Source: Pseudomonadota bacterium (lineage in GTDB: Bacteria > Pseudomonadota > Alphaproteobacteria > Sphingomonadales > Sphingomonadaceae). From it: 64,000 nucleotides of DNA. How positions within the stretch are numbered: position 1 is the stretch's first letter; every line of letters starts with the position of its first letter. The stretch lies in NCBI GenBank assembly GCA_046733175.1, contig JBKPOO010000027.1, positions 2,583 to 66,582 of the forward strand, written 5' to 3'. The position numbers and the translations under genes were made by a program. Under the pieces are notes generated by a model, which made no database searches, was not told the origin of the DNA, and was given only the letters and a program-made list of their open reading frames with translations. This document shows positions 1 to 10,181 of this stretch, piece after piece.

Positions 1-409
1 GCCAGGAACCGCAGAAAGAGGCGATTTCAACGCCTACTCCGGCTGCATTCGAATAAACATCCGGCTTCGAGGTTCGAACGCGAATGTGCCTCACTCCCCG
101 AAATGCCGCGATCCTATCGAATACCGCATGCGCCAGCGTTTCCTGAAGGTTGTACCGCCGTTCCGACGCAATCTCGTCGATCTGGGAGCGCAGGAAATCA
201 TAATTCCACGCGCGAGCGGGATCATCGTCGGGCGGAGGCGCAACCTCGTCCAGCCACACTTCGACGCTGACCAGCAAACGCTGCGGCGCGCCGACCTCGA
301 AATCGTGAAAGCCGATGTCGGCCTGAACTTCGAGCGACTCGAGCAGGATTCGCGCCGAGCGGACTTTCAGGCGATCCGGCACGAGCCCTTTCAGATCAGG
401 GTCAGTCAT
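1..409 (-). CDS. folB: dihydroneopterin aldolase (FolB family); C-terminus runs off the left window edge
   Basis: Not in the ORF track because there is no stop inside the window. Own translation from the ATG at 409-407 gives MTDPDLKGLVPDRLKVRSARILLESLEVQADIGFHDFEVGAPQRLLVSVEVWLDE...RVRTSKPDVYSNAAGVGVEIASF. This matches the FolB pattern (IG..E...Q.L..V and KP......VGV.I). Its ATG overlaps the stop of the upstream SDR gene (ATGA). Confidence 0.7.
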   Translation of the reverse strand, partial: MTDPDLKGLVPDRLKVRSARILLESLEVQADIGFHDFEVGAPQRLLVSVEVWLDEVAPPPDDDPARAWNYDFLRSQIDEIASERRYNLQETLAHAVFDRIAAFRGVRHIRVRTSKPDVYSNAAGVGVEIASFCGSW

Positions 410-1137
410 TGATCGCCGAGAAACTGGACGTCGCGGTCGAGGCCGAGGAAGCGCTGGCCGCCGTCGATCACCAGCACCTCGCCTGTGACCGACGGCGCGT
501 GGATCAAGTAGCGCAAGGCGCCCACCACGTCCTCTGGAGTGACTCCGCGTCGCAACGGGTTGCGAGCATGCATCTTTGCAAAATTCTCCTCGCTCTGCCC
601 GCTTGAGCGGAGCATCAAGGCCGGGGCAATGGCGTTGACTCGGATTCCTTGCGGCGCGAGCGCTCGGGCCGCAAGCTCGGTGAGGCCCGCAAGGGCGATC
701 TTGGACAGAGTGTAGCTCAGGAAGTCCGGGTTCGGCGCGGCGAGCTTCGAGTCGAGCAAATTGACGACCAATGCGTCTCCTCCCCCCTTTGCCTGGGCGG
801 CGAAGCGGTCGATGAGAAGCGCGGGTGCGCGGACGTTGACCGCCATATGCGCATCGAGCTCTGCGCCGTCGAACTCGCCGAAGCCGTCCCACGCAAAGCG
901 GGAGGCGTTGTTGACGAGAAGGCTGACTGGAGGCAGCCCTTCGCTTGCCCGAAAGATCCGTTCGCCGCAGTCCGGCCGGGCGAGATCCGCGACCGCCTTC
1001 AAAGCTCCGTCGGGCACTTCGTCGGAGTCGCGATGGACGTGCGCGACGACCTTCCAGCCATCCTCGATCAGCGCAACCGCGATGTGCCGGCCGACCCGCT
1101 TGCCGGCGCCAGTGACGATGGCGGTCCGTTCGCTCAT
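406..1137 (-). CDS. SDR-family oxidoreductase
   Basis: ORF 406..1179(-), with the start trimmed to M15 so that the Rossmann motif TGAGKRVG sits at the N-terminus. The catalytic YTLSK (YxxxK) is present. Confidence 0.85.
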   Translation of the reverse strand: MSERTAIVTGAGKRVGRHIAVALIEDGWKVVAHVHRDSDEVPDGALKAVADLARPDCGERIFRASEGLPPVSLLVNNASRFAWDGFGEFDGAELDAHMAVNVRAPALLIDRFAAQAKGGGDALVVNLLDSKLAAPNPDFLSYTLSKIALAGLTELAARALAPQGIRVNAIAPALMLRSSGQSEENFAKMHARNPLRRGVTPEDVVGALRYLIHAPSVTGEVLVIDGGQRFLGLDRDVQFLGDQ

Positions 1138-1189
1138 GGCGGGCACTCCTGCCTTGAGCCACGCCGCGAAGCAATCCAATGACGCGCCA

Positions 1190-1759
1190 ATGCCTGAAAG
1201 CCGACCTCCGATCGAACTCCACGGCCTTAGCCTGAGCGACCTTCAGCGACTGATCGATGAGCGGCGCCTCCCGCCCGTGGAGAAATGGAACCCGCCGCAT
1301 TGCGGGAATTCAGGAATGCGCATCGCCCGCGACGGCACCTGGTATCATGAGGGTTCGCCGATCCGGCGGCCGGCAATGGTCCGCTTGTTCTCAACGGTTC
1401 TGAGGCGCGAGCCGGACGGGCGGCACGTCCTCGTCACGCCGGTGGAGAAGCTTGAGATAGAGGTCGAAGCGACGGCATTCCGGGCCGTGGAAATGACGAG
1501 CGAAGGCGATGGACCACGGCGTCGAATCGCGCTGAGGCTCGACAGCGGCGATGCGGTGATCCTCAGTCCCGAACATCCGCTAACGATTGTCGAGACCGAG
1601 CATGGCCCGTCTCCCAGGCTTCTGGTCCGTCACGGACTCGAGGCGGAACTCACTCGCGCCGTCTATTACGAACTTGCGGAACTCGCTCTTGCCGAAGGAA
1701 ACCAGCCTGCCGGCATTTGGAGCGACGGCGCTTTTTTCCCAATGGAATCGGACGCGTGA
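1190..1759 (+). CDS. DUF1285-family protein
   Basis: C-terminal 189 codons of ORF 761..1759(+), starting at ATG 1190 (MPESRPPIELHGLSLSDLQRLIDERRLPPVEKWNP...). The upstream part of the long ORF is antisense to the SDR gene and looks non-coding. The DUF1285-Nudix-cca neighbourhood is typical of alphaproteobacteria. Confidence 0.7.
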   Translation: MPESRPPIELHGLSLSDLQRLIDERRLPPVEKWNPPHCGNSGMRIARDGTWYHEGSPIRRPAMVRLFSTVLRREPDGRHVLVTPVEKLEIEVEATAFRAVEMTSEGDGPRRRIALRLDSGDAVILSPEHPLTIVETEHGPSPRLLVRHGLEAELTRAVYYELAELALAEGNQPAGIWSDGAFFPMESDA

Positions 1760-2337
1760 CCTTGGCGGACCGGCTTCGCGGCGCGCTTTCGGAGAGGCCA
1801 GTCGAACCGCCCCTCGAGGGCGACCTTCCGGAGCTGCGCGCAGAAGCCGATGTACCCGCGGCGGTTCTCGTTGCGATTACGGATCGCGAGGAGCCGGGCG
1901 TAATCCTGACCGTCCGCCGGGAGCATATGCGGACGCACGCGGGCCAGGTCGCGTTTCCCGGCGGCCGGATCGATCCCGGAGAGGATGCCGTCGCCGCGGC
2001 CCTGCGCGAAGCTCACGAGGAAATCCTGCTCCATCCCTCCACCGCCGAACTCGTCGCGACAATCGAGCCATATCGAACGGTGACCGGCTACAAGGTGACG
2101 CCGGTAATCTGCGTGGTTCCGCCGGATTTGCCGCTCGAACCGCACGAGCATGAGGTCGCGGATTGGTTCGAGGCGCCGCTTCGGTACTTGCTCGATCCGG
2201 TCAATCAATGTCAGCGCACTGCCTTGTTCGAAGGACGCGAGCGCCACTATTACGAAATCATCTGGGAAGGCCGAAGGATTTGGGGGGCAACTGCGGCTAT
2301 GATCGTCAACCTGTCGCGCAGGCTGCAATGGCAGTGA
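1756..2337 (+). CDS. nudL: CoA pyrophosphatase (Nudix hydrolase)
   Basis: ORF 1717..2337(+), with the start moved to GTG 1756, which overlaps the previous stop (GTGA). Nudix box GGRIDPGEDAVAAALREAHEEI is present. The CoA-type motif ILTVRREHMRTHAGQVAFPGG lies upstream of it. Confidence 0.85.
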   Translation: MTLADRLRGALSERPVEPPLEGDLPELRAEADVPAAVLVAITDREEPGVILTVRREHMRTHAGQVAFPGGRIDPGEDAVAAALREAHEEILLHPSTAELVATIEPYRTVTGYKVTPVICVVPPDLPLEPHEHEVADWFEAPLRYLLDPVNQCQRTALFEGRERHYYEIIWEGRRIWGATAAMIVNLSRRLQWQ

Positions 2338-3518
2338 AGCTAGATGTCACCCGATGGTGGGGGCAGCTTGGAATGCGCGAGCTCCTCACGAAGCTCGGGG
2401 CGGAGGATGGGCTGATCCGCTTCGTTGGCGGAACCGTTCGCGACGAGCTTTTGGGCATTCCGCATGCCGACGTGGACCTTGCGACGCGCCTCGATCCCGT
2501 CTCGGTCATGGATCGGCTGAAATCCACCAAGATGAAAGTGATCCCGACGGGCATCGACCATGGGACGGTCACCGTCGTCAGCCGCGGTCAAGTTGCGGAA
2601 ATCACGACCCTGAGGCGCGACGTATCGACCGACGGCCGTCGAGCCACCGTCGCTTTCACCGAGGATTGGAAAGAGGATGCCGCGAGGCGCGATTTCACGA
2701 TCAACGCTCTTTCCGCCGACCCGCTCAGCGGCGAAATCTTCGACTATTTCGGCGGCTTGAGCGATCTTGAGACGCGCCACATCCGTTTCATCGGCGACCC
2801 GCTCGAAAGGATCGCCGAGGATCATTTGCGAATCCTCAGGTTCTTCAGGTTTCACGCGCGGTTCGGGTCGGGCGAAATCGATGAAGCAGCGCTCGACGCC
2901 TGCACGGCCCGCGCCAACGACCTGATGGCGCTTTCGCGAGAACGCATTGCGGATGAATTGCTGAAGCTCCTCGGTCTGCCGAACCCGGCTGCGACCGTCG
3001 CGATCATGCTGCAGCGAAAGATCCTGAAGCCGGTGCTTCCGGAAATCGCCGCTGGCCGGCTGGGCGAGCTGGAAGCGTTGATCACAGCCGAGCAACAGGC
3101 GGAGATCACTCCAGATGCCTTGCGGCGACTGGCGGCGATTCTGCCCCGCGACCCGGAGCTAGCCGCGGACATCGCCGCGCGCCTCAAGCTCTCCAACAAA
3201 GCGCGCAAGCGGCTGGTTTGCGCGGCAAACGAAGACCTGGATCACTCACCGCAGGCGCTTGCCTATCGAATTGGGCCGGACTGCGCGACGGACCGGTTCC
3301 TCCTTGCCGCCCAACCGACGGATGCGGCGGCGATCGCCTCGTGGAAACCGCCGCGACTCCCGATCAAGGGCGGAGCGCTGATTGCCCAGGGGTTGCCCGA
3401 AGGACCGGTCGTCGCTCGAACGCTGAGGCGTATCGAGGACGAGTGGGTCCAGGCTGGATTCCCCAGCGGTGAGCCGCTCGATCGAATCGTTAGCCGCGCG
3501 CTTCAGTCGGCAAGCTGA
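2328..3518 (+). CDS. cca: CCA-adding tRNA nucleotidyltransferase / poly(A) polymerase family
   Basis: ORF 2163..3518(+), with the start trimmed to ATG 2328, which overlaps the Nudix gene end. The head domain carries FVGGTVRDELLG...DVDLAT and RRDFTINAL. Confidence 0.85.
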   Translation: MAVKLDVTRWWGQLGMRELLTKLGAEDGLIRFVGGTVRDELLGIPHADVDLATRLDPVSVMDRLKSTKMKVIPTGIDHGTVTVVSRGQVAEITTLRRDVSTDGRRATVAFTEDWKEDAARRDFTINALSADPLSGEIFDYFGGLSDLETRHIRFIGDPLERIAEDHLRILRFFRFHARFGSGEIDEAALDACTARANDLMALSRERIADELLKLLGLPNPAATVAIMLQRKILKPVLPEIAAGRLGELEALITAEQQAEITPDALRRLAAILPRDPELAADIAARLKLSNKARKRLVCAANEDLDHSPQALAYRIGPDCATDRFLLAAQPTDAAAIASWKPPRLPIKGGALIAQGLPEGPVVARTLRRIEDEWVQAGFPSGEPLDRIVSRALQSAS

Positions 3519-4748
3519 TTATCCCGGGGAGCTGTTCGCGGCACTCGCAATGGCCGGCGCGCGCGAATCGTCAAAACCATTGGCGGCCGCTGCATTGTTC
3601 GTCGGCCGAAGCGTCGCGTAACGGGCGAACAATTCTTCGAAATGCTCATCCATCGTCCGGACTTCGCTGTTCAACGCCGCCCGCGCTCGCTGCAGTTGAG
3701 GCCCGCTTTCGACAAAATGAAGAATCGCATCTTGCAACGAACGAAGATTTCCGGCGCGATATGTCGACCCGGCGCCATGAAGGGGATGATCGGCCGCGCC
3801 TCCGCGGTCCGGAACGATCAAAGGAATGCCGCTGGCGCGGGCTTCCGCCGCGACCATGCAAAAAGTCTCGGCCTCGCACCCGTGAACCAGTGCGTCGCCG
3901 CTGGCGAGCAGGGAGGCAAGTTCGCGCCGTTGGGCGATGGCGCCGAGGACGCGTACATTCGCCGCGCGGCTCGCGACGCGTTCGACCTGAGCCCGTTTAG
4001 GTCCATCGCCGACGAGAAGGAGTCCGACATGCGAATTGAATCGGCTCGCGGCGCGAATGACCATGTCCCACCGTTTCTCCGCCGAGAGTCGGCCAACTCC
4101 GAGCAAGAGAACGGCCTCGGCGGGCAAGCCGACCGAGCCTAACGCCCTCGCCCTTAGTTCAGCGGAACGTAACGAGGGGGAAAACAGAGCGCTTTCTACT
4201 CCCATGCCGATGGCTTCCGATTTGCCGAGTCCTGCGTGCGCGAGGCGTTTTGCGAGTTGCCCGTTGCCGCAGACGACCAGGTCGAACATCCGATCGAGCC
4301 GACGCAGATGGTGCCAGAACCAGCCGAACAGGCGATCGATGGCCTGGGTCGGAATGACGCTTCCTAACCAGCGATAGGCATATGCAGCGAGCGGATCGCA
4401 ATGCATCACCAGCGATCGCGACGCTGGCCCCTGCCAGCGGCCGACCATCGCCGCGCTGGACCAGGGCGAGGACGCTTCGACATGATCTGGCGCCCAAGCA
4501 TCGAGCGTGCGGTGCATCACCGACTCGTCATCGAAATATCGATATCGCCGGTCGAGCGGCAGAGCCGGCGAAGCTATGGTCACGATGAACGCCCCAGGCC
4601 CGCGCCGGATGGTCTCGTCCCGCTCGCCCGGTGCGATCACGATCATCTCGTGGCCCGCCCTCGATGCTGCCTTGAGCTTGGCCTCAACATAGGTCCGGAC
4701 ACCGCCGCCGGCTGGGGTGTAGAACGCACAGACGTCGACGATCCGCAT
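3519..4748 (-). CDS. glycosyltransferase family 4 (GT-B)
   Basis: 409-aa ORF starting MRIVDVCAFYTPAGGGVRTYV. The C-terminal region has an EX7E-type motif (CEAETFCMVAAEARASGIPLIV). Confidence 0.8.
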   Translation of the reverse strand: MRIVDVCAFYTPAGGGVRTYVEAKLKAASRAGHEMIVIAPGERDETIRRGPGAFIVTIASPALPLDRRYRYFDDESVMHRTLDAWAPDHVEASSPWSSAAMVGRWQGPASRSLVMHCDPLAAYAYRWLGSVIPTQAIDRLFGWFWHHLRRLDRMFDLVVCGNGQLAKRLAHAGLGKSEAIGMGVESALFSPSLRSAELRARALGSVGLPAEAVLLLGVGRLSAEKRWDMVIRAASRFNSHVGLLLVGDGPKRAQVERVASRAANVRVLGAIAQRRELASLLASGDALVHGCEAETFCMVAAEARASGIPLIVPDRGGAADHPLHGAGSTYRAGNLRSLQDAILHFVESGPQLQRARAALNSEVRTMDEHFEELFARYATLRPTNNAAAANGFDDSRAPAIASAANSSPG

Positions 4749-4839
4749 CCGCGCCGGAAAGCCGGCACGGCGCGATGAACTTCAAGTGAAGCTTTGTTCA
4801 TTAGGTGCCGTGCAGTTCGTGAAGCTAAATGCGGGACCG

Positions 4840-5583
4840 ATGCCTGCTGCGCGGCTCATCGCATCGATTCACGACGTTTCGCCCCGGTTCGAGCGCGAGA
4901 TCGACGGATTGGTCGACCTACTCGGCTCCCAAGTCGGCAATCGCATCGCGCTCCTCGTCGTCCCGAACCACTGGGAGCAATCTCCAATCGTTCGCGGTTC
5001 AGCGTTTGCACGCCGTCTGCGCGGATGGGCCGAGGCTGGGTTCGAGGTCTTCCTCCACGGTTTCTACCATCGCGATCACGCCCGCCACGGCCGCCTCTTC
5101 GACCGCCTTCGCTCGCGGTGGATGACTGCCCGCGAAGGCGAGTTCCTGGGCCTCCCGAACGCTGAGGCGCAGGCGCGAATTCAGGCTGGGCGTGATCTCC
5201 TCGAGGATGTGACCGGTCTTCCAATCGCAGGGTTTGTCGCCCCGGCCTGGCTCTATGGAACCGGAGCTTTGACCGCCCTGGCCGAATGCGAAATCCCGAT
5301 CGCCGAGGATCATCTTACGGTCTGGTCTCCAAGATCGGGTGCAATCCTGTCCCGCGCGCCGGTCATCACTTGGGCCAGCCGCACGGAAGCTCGGCTTCGG
5401 TCATCGCTGATCGCGGCTGCGGCGCTACGGCGCCTGCCGGTGGGCGATCTGCGGGTTGGAGTCCATCCGGCCGACTATGGTTCGGTGCGCCTCCTGGACA
5501 GCATCGAGACGACGTTGAGCGCAACGCTTCGGCGGCGTCGAGCAGCGGCCTATTCAGAGCTTTTGGCTAGAAGCGGAACGTGA
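4840..5583 (+). CDS. DUF2334 / polysaccharide-deacetylase-like protein
   Basis: ORF 4786..5583(+). ATG 4840 (MPAARLIASIHDVSPRF...) is preferred as the start; GTG 4786 is also possible. It is divergent from the GT4 gene. Confidence 0.6.
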   Translation: MPAARLIASIHDVSPRFEREIDGLVDLLGSQVGNRIALLVVPNHWEQSPIVRGSAFARRLRGWAEAGFEVFLHGFYHRDHARHGRLFDRLRSRWMTAREGEFLGLPNAEAQARIQAGRDLLEDVTGLPIAGFVAPAWLYGTGALTALAECEIPIAEDHLTVWSPRSGAILSRAPVITWASRTEARLRSSLIAAAALRRLPVGDLRVGVHPADYGSVRLLDSIETTLSATLRRRRAAAYSELLARSGT

Positions 5584-5884
5584 AGGAAAATGCCGGCCGG
5601 CGCGATCTGGATTGAACCCCATCGATACGCACGTCCGGCCCAAATCTCGGACGGGACCGATGGACCATCTTGAGCCCGAGCCGCGCGTTGGGCGCGACCT
5701 CCGTGTCGGCGATGAAGCCAGTCGCCGGAGTCTCGAATTGGTTAAACGTCGGATCTTGGGTCAGCCGCAAGTTGATGGTGCGCGACCGATGGGTCGGCTG
5801 GCTGTTTTGAAGCACCGACTGAGCATTCGCTGCCGCTGCTGCGGCCATCGGCCACAGACCGGCGATGATGAGCCAGCGCGTCAC
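5567..5884 (-). CDS. small secreted hypothetical protein
   Basis: 105-aa ORF with a signal-peptide-like N-terminus (MTRWLIIAGLWPMAAAAAANA/QS). No recognisable domain. Confidence 0.45.
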   Translation of the reverse strand: MTRWLIIAGLWPMAAAAAANAQSVLQNSQPTHRSRTINLRLTQDPTFNQFETPATGFIADTEVAPNARLGLKMVHRSRPRFGPDVRIDGVQSRSRRPAFSFTFRF

Positions 5885-5977
5885 GGCTTGGGCTCACTCC
5901 CCTATTTGCGGGGAATAAACCGGATTTGCCCAGTCGAAGTTCCAACGAGAATAAGGACGCCCAATGCGGGACTCAGC

Positions 5978-7717
5978 TCAGCGGCGGCGGGACTTCCAAT
6001 ATTCGAGAGCCGCGGGCGCTTCGAGCGGCTTGGCAAAATAATAGCCTTGGCCCGACGCACAACCGAGGGTCGCCAAGGTCGTCGCCAGTTCGACCGTCTC
6101 GATTCCTTCGGCCGTCGTGGACATTCCGAGGGCTTCCGCGAGGCTCAGAACGGCGCGGACGATCGCCACCGCGTCGGGATCGACCATCATTCCGGAAACG
6201 AAGCTCTTGTCGATCTTCAGTACGTCGATGGGCAGGCGCTGGAGGTATGCTAGGCTGGAATAGCCGGTTCCGAAATCGTCCATTGCGACCGTCGCGTCGA
6301 GCGCCTTCAAGGCGTCGAACACGCGAGTGGCCCGCGCCGGGTCCTGAACGATCGAACTTTCGGTCAGTTCGAGCGTCAGCCGATCGCCCGTAAGCCCGCT
6401 CGACTTCAGGGCGCTCTCGACGACGGCTGCAATGTCGTCGCGAGCGACCTGAATCGCCGAAAGATTGACCCCAACGTAGAGTGGTAATTTCTCGCCGGTC
6501 TGCTTGTCCCAATGGGCTAGAGTTTGAGCGGCCCGATCCATCGCCCATCGGCCGAGTTGCAGGATCAGGCCCGATTCCTCGGCGACCGGAATGAATTCCG
6601 AGGGGCTAATCTCGCCCCGGTCCTCATGGGTCCAGCGCGCCAGCGCCTCGAACCCCGCGACCTCGCCCGACTTGAGGTTGATGAGCGGCTGGTAGAACAG
6701 CTTCAACTGATCCTTGTCGAGCGCTCGCCGAAGCTCGGTTTCGATCGAGAAGCGGCGCCGCGCCTCGGTCGCCTGCTTGGGTTCATAGACCTGCGGACGC
6801 CCTGCCGCCTTGGCTTGCTTCACCGCAAATTGCGCGTTGCGAAAGAGCTCCTCGGGGTCCTGACCGGCATGCATGAGAGCAGCGCCGATTGCGCATTCAA
6901 CCCGAATCTCCAGATCGGAAATCTTGAAGGGTGTCGCCATCACCTGCTGAATCCGCTCGGCGGCTTTCAGCGCGTCCTCGACTCCGCGGCGGAGGGAAAC
7001 GAGAACGCCGAACTCATTGCCCCCCGTCCGGGCCAGCACGTCGCCGGCGCGAAGCGCGAGGATGAGGCGGCGGGCGAAGGTGATCAGAAGTTCGTCGCCG
7101 GCCAGGCTACCCATCGATTCGTTGATTCGGCTGAAGCGCAGCATGTCCACGACGAGAACGGCATGTTCGAGATCGCGAGCCACCTTCTCACCGGCATTTT
7201 CAATCGCCTCGGTGAAGGCCAGTCGGTTGGGCAGGCCGGTCAGGCTGTCGCGCAGCATTTCGGCGCGCAGGGTTCGTTCCGCCTGTACTTCGACCGTGCG
7301 GTCGACGACGCTGAGCAGGCAACGGGCGGGCTTGCCCTTCTTTTTAGGCAGTGGCGCGAGCTTGACCCGGAAATAGCGGGAAGAAACCCCCTCGCCGTCC
7401 TTGAAATCCAGATCGCCGGCGACGTTGGTCCCGTCGAAAAACTGATGGAGCAGTTCGGCAATCGGTCCCGATTTCAGGCAATCGGCTTCATTCCAGTCGC
7501 TCGCGGTGCAGGTCGACTGGCTGACCGTCTCGAAAAAGCGGCTGTTGTGAGCGACGACTTTGAGCGAATCCTTGTCGCGCTCGACGATCGCCGCAGCGAT
7601 CGGCAGGGCATTGAGCAAGCCGGTGTCGTCCGCAGTCGCAAGGTGCGGTTTCGCGCTCGGGTTTTCCGTCCGCCGTTGCCTTCCGGCAGCCGGCAGGCGG
7701 TGTGCTGCAGCCTGCAT
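5978..7717 (-). CDS. PAS-like / GGDEF(degenerate) / EAL c-di-GMP signalling protein
   Basis: 579-aa ORF. The GGDEF position reads GGNEF (codons at 7010-7024). The EAL domain carries FEALARW, DDFGTGYSSL and KIDKSF. Confidence 0.9.
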   Translation of the reverse strand: MQAAAHRLPAAGRQRRTENPSAKPHLATADDTGLLNALPIAAAIVERDKDSLKVVAHNSRFFETVSQSTCTASDWNEADCLKSGPIAELLHQFFDGTNVAGDLDFKDGEGVSSRYFRVKLAPLPKKKGKPARCLLSVVDRTVEVQAERTLRAEMLRDSLTGLPNRLAFTEAIENAGEKVARDLEHAVLVVDMLRFSRINESMGSLAGDELLITFARRLILALRAGDVLARTGGNEFGVLVSLRRGVEDALKAAERIQQVMATPFKISDLEIRVECAIGAALMHAGQDPEELFRNAQFAVKQAKAAGRPQVYEPKQATEARRRFSIETELRRALDKDQLKLFYQPLINLKSGEVAGFEALARWTHEDRGEISPSEFIPVAEESGLILQLGRWAMDRAAQTLAHWDKQTGEKLPLYVGVNLSAIQVARDDIAAVVESALKSSGLTGDRLTLELTESSIVQDPARATRVFDALKALDATVAMDDFGTGYSSLAYLQRLPIDVLKIDKSFVSGMMVDPDAVAIVRAVLSLAEALGMSTTAEGIETVELATTLATLGCASGQGYYFAKPLEAPAALEYWKSRRR

Positions 7718-7803
7718 ACCCCGCCTATGAAGGGCGATGGGTTAATTCCGAGTATCTATTTCCCTCTAGGCCGCGTTGTTAACGGGGGTTGGTTAAGCCC
7801 CGT

Positions 7804-10032
7804 TCAGTCAAAGCGGTTACTTCGGGGGAAGCCAATCGGGGGCATCCGGCCCGCCGCACCGCGCGCCGCGCGCCATGAGGTCAGGTCGGTCTCGGTGCGA
7901 ACCCGCCCGCTCTCCCCGCCGAGCGCCCAGCTGAGGCCCTCCTGCATGGAAAAAGCGATCGCATCGGAAAGTCCGCCGTCGCGGTAGCGCTGCAGGGTCA
8001 CCCCTTGTCCGCGGGCGAGTTCCGGCACTTCGCTGAGCGAGAAGACGACCATCTTTCGGTTCTCCCCAACGACCGCGATGGAATCCGCACCCTCGGGGAT
8101 GGCTCGAACAACGGCCACTCTTGCGCCGGGCCGGACATTGACCAGCTGCTTGCCTTTGCGAGTTTCGGCGAGGGTCGCCTCCCCGCTCGTGGTGAAACCC
8201 TTGCCGTCCGACGACGCGATCACCAGCCTCATTTCGGGCCGGACGACGAGGAGCTGGACGATGTCGACCTCCGCATCGAGGTCGATGAACAGGCGCACCG
8301 GCTCGCCGAACCCGCGCGCGCTGGGGAGCTTGTCGCCGCCAAGCGTATAAACTCGACCGTTGGAGGCGAACAACGCCAGTCGGTCGGTCGTCTGCGCGTG
8401 GAAGTGAATGAACGGTCCGTCGCCTTCGCGCCATTTGAGCTCGCCGACCTGCTCCAGCGCGAGATGACCCTTCATCGCCCGGATCCACCCGCGCTGCGAA
8501 AGGATGACCGTGATCGGTTCCTTTTCGATCATCGCCGACCAATCGATCTCCCGAGTGGGCGCCACTTCCTCGATCCGGGTCTTCCGCTCGTCACCGAACT
8601 TTTCCTTCACCGCGGCAAGGTCGCGCTTCAGACGCGTGCGCTGGCGAGCCGGGCTCTCGATGAGCTTGACGAGGTCCTCTCGCTCCTTGGTAAGCGCCTC
8701 CCGCTCCTTCGCGATCTCCATCTCCTCGAGCCGCCGCAATTGCCTGAGGCGCATGTTGAGGATCGCTTCGGCCTGGCGGTCCGACAAGCCGAACTCGGAC
8801 ATCATCAGGGCCTTCGGCTCGTCCTCGGTACGGATGATCTCGATCACCCGGTCGAGATTGAGGAAGGCGACGAGGAAGCCGTCGAGCAGCTCCAACCGGT
8901 CGTCGATCTTCCCGATCCGAACCTGGGAACGGCGGACCAGCACTTCGATCTGGAAGGCGAGCCAGGCCGTCAGCGCCTGCTTGAGGCTCATCACTCCCGG
9001 AGTCCGCGTCGCATCGAGCACGTTGAGGTTCAGCGGAAAGCGGATTTCGAGGTCGGTCAGCCGGTAGAGGCTCTCGAGGAGAAGCTCCGGATCAACGGTC
9101 CGGGCGCGCGGCTCGAGGATCAGCCGGACCGCTTCGTCGCTCTCATCCTTTACGTCAGCAAGGATGGGCAGCTTCTTGTCCGCAATGAGCTGGGCGACCT
9201 GCTCGATCAGTTTCGACTTTTGCACTCCGTATGGGATTTCGCGGACCAACAGGTGCCACCCGCCGCCCTTCTCCCGTTCGACCTCGATCCGCGCCCTCAA
9301 ACGGAAGGAGCCACGGCCCGTCGCATAGGCCGAGGCGATTGCCTCGCGGCTGTCGACAAGCACTCCTCCAGTCGGGAAGTCCGGTCCGGCGACGAAGTCC
9401 ATCAACGCGCTGTCTTCAGCCTTGGGATTGTCGATCAGGTGCGCTGCGGCGTCGATCAGTTCAGTGACATTGTGCGGCGGTATCGAGGTCGCCATTCCGA
9501 CCGCGATTCCGGCCGCGCCATTGGCCAGCAAGTTTGGAAACAGGCCCGGGAAGACCTCGGGCTCCTCTTCTTCGCCGTTGTAGGTTGGCCTGAAATCGAC
9601 GGTGCCCTCGTCGAGCCCCGTCATAAGCTGCATCGCAACCGCGGTCAGCCGGGCTTCCGTGTACCGGTAGGCGGCGGCGTTATCACCGTCGATGTTGCCG
9701 AAATTCCCCTGCCCGTCGACGAGCGGATACCTGAGCGCAAAATCCTGCGCGAGGCGAACCATGGCGTCATAGACCGACTGGTCGCCGTGCGGATGGTATT
9801 TGCCGATGACGTCGCCGACCACGCGCGCCGATTTCTTGTACGCACCCGCAGGATCGAGCCGAAGGAGGCGCATGCCCCACAAGATCCGCCGATGGACCGG
9901 CTTCAACCCATCTCGAACGTCGGGGAGCGAGCGCGCCGTGATCGTCGATAAAGCGTAGACGAGGTAGCGTTCCGAAAGGGCGGCGTCGAAGGGGGTGTCG
10001 ATCGTGGTCGACGGAAGATCATCGGCTTGCAT
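7804..10032 (-). CDS. parC: DNA topoisomerase IV subunit A
   Basis: 742-aa ORF with [36 protein letters not shown] and the active-site region [10 protein letters not shown]. Its length fits ParC rather than GyrA. Confidence 0.9.
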   Translation of the reverse strand: MQADDLPSTTIDTPFDAALSERYLVYALSTITARSLPDVRDGLKPVHRRILWGMRLLRLDPAGAYKKSARVVGDVIGKYHPHGDQSVYDAMVRLAQDFALRYPLVDGQGNFGNIDGDNAAAYRYTEARLTAVAMQLMTGLDEGTVDFRPTYNGEEEEPEVFPGLFPNLLANGAAGIAVGMATSIPPHNVTELIDAAAHLIDNPKAEDSALMDFVAGPDFPTGGVLVDSREAIASAYATGRGSFRLRARIEVEREKGGGWHLLVREIPYGVQKSKLIEQVAQLIADKKLPILADVKDESDEAVRLILEPRARTVDPELLLESLYRLTDLEIRFPLNLNVLDATRTPGVMSLKQALTAWLAFQIEVLVRRSQVRIGKIDDRLELLDGFLVAFLNLDRVIEIIRTEDEPKALMMSEFGLSDRQAEAILNMRLRQLRRLEEMEIAKEREALTKEREDLVKLIESPARQRTRLKRDLAAVKEKFGDERKTRIEEVAPTREIDWSAMIEKEPITVILSQRGWIRAMKGHLALEQVGELKWREGDGPFIHFHAQTTDRLALFASNGRVYTLGGDKLPSARGFGEPVRLFIDLDAEVDIVQLLVVRPEMRLVIASSDGKGFTTSGEATLAETRKGKQLVNVRPGARVAVVRAIPEGADSIAVVGENRKMVVFSLSEVPELARGQGVTLQRYRDGGLSDAIAFSMQEGLSWALGGESGRVRTETDLTSWRAARGAAGRMPPIGFPRSNRFD

Positions 10033-10181
10033 GGACCAGCGATTAGCAACGCCCGGCGCTTCGAGTCAGCCTAAATCGGCGGTACGTCCACCATAGGTAT
10101 TTTCCGCTGGTGATTCCCCCAATGTGGCGGAACTTACCTTCAATTGCGGAGGAATGTTCCTAATTGGCCCAGCGATTTTGC

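Noticed and set aside
86-412. A 108-aa plus-strand ORF at the left edge.
   Set aside because: The opposite strand encodes a clear FolB-family protein that is missing from the track only because it has no stop in the window.
6524-9951. Long plus-strand ORFs 6524..7987 (487 aa) and 8005..9951 (648 aa).
   Set aside because: They are antisense to the GGDEF-EAL gene and parC, both of which have clear motifs. The translations are low-complexity and Arg-rich.
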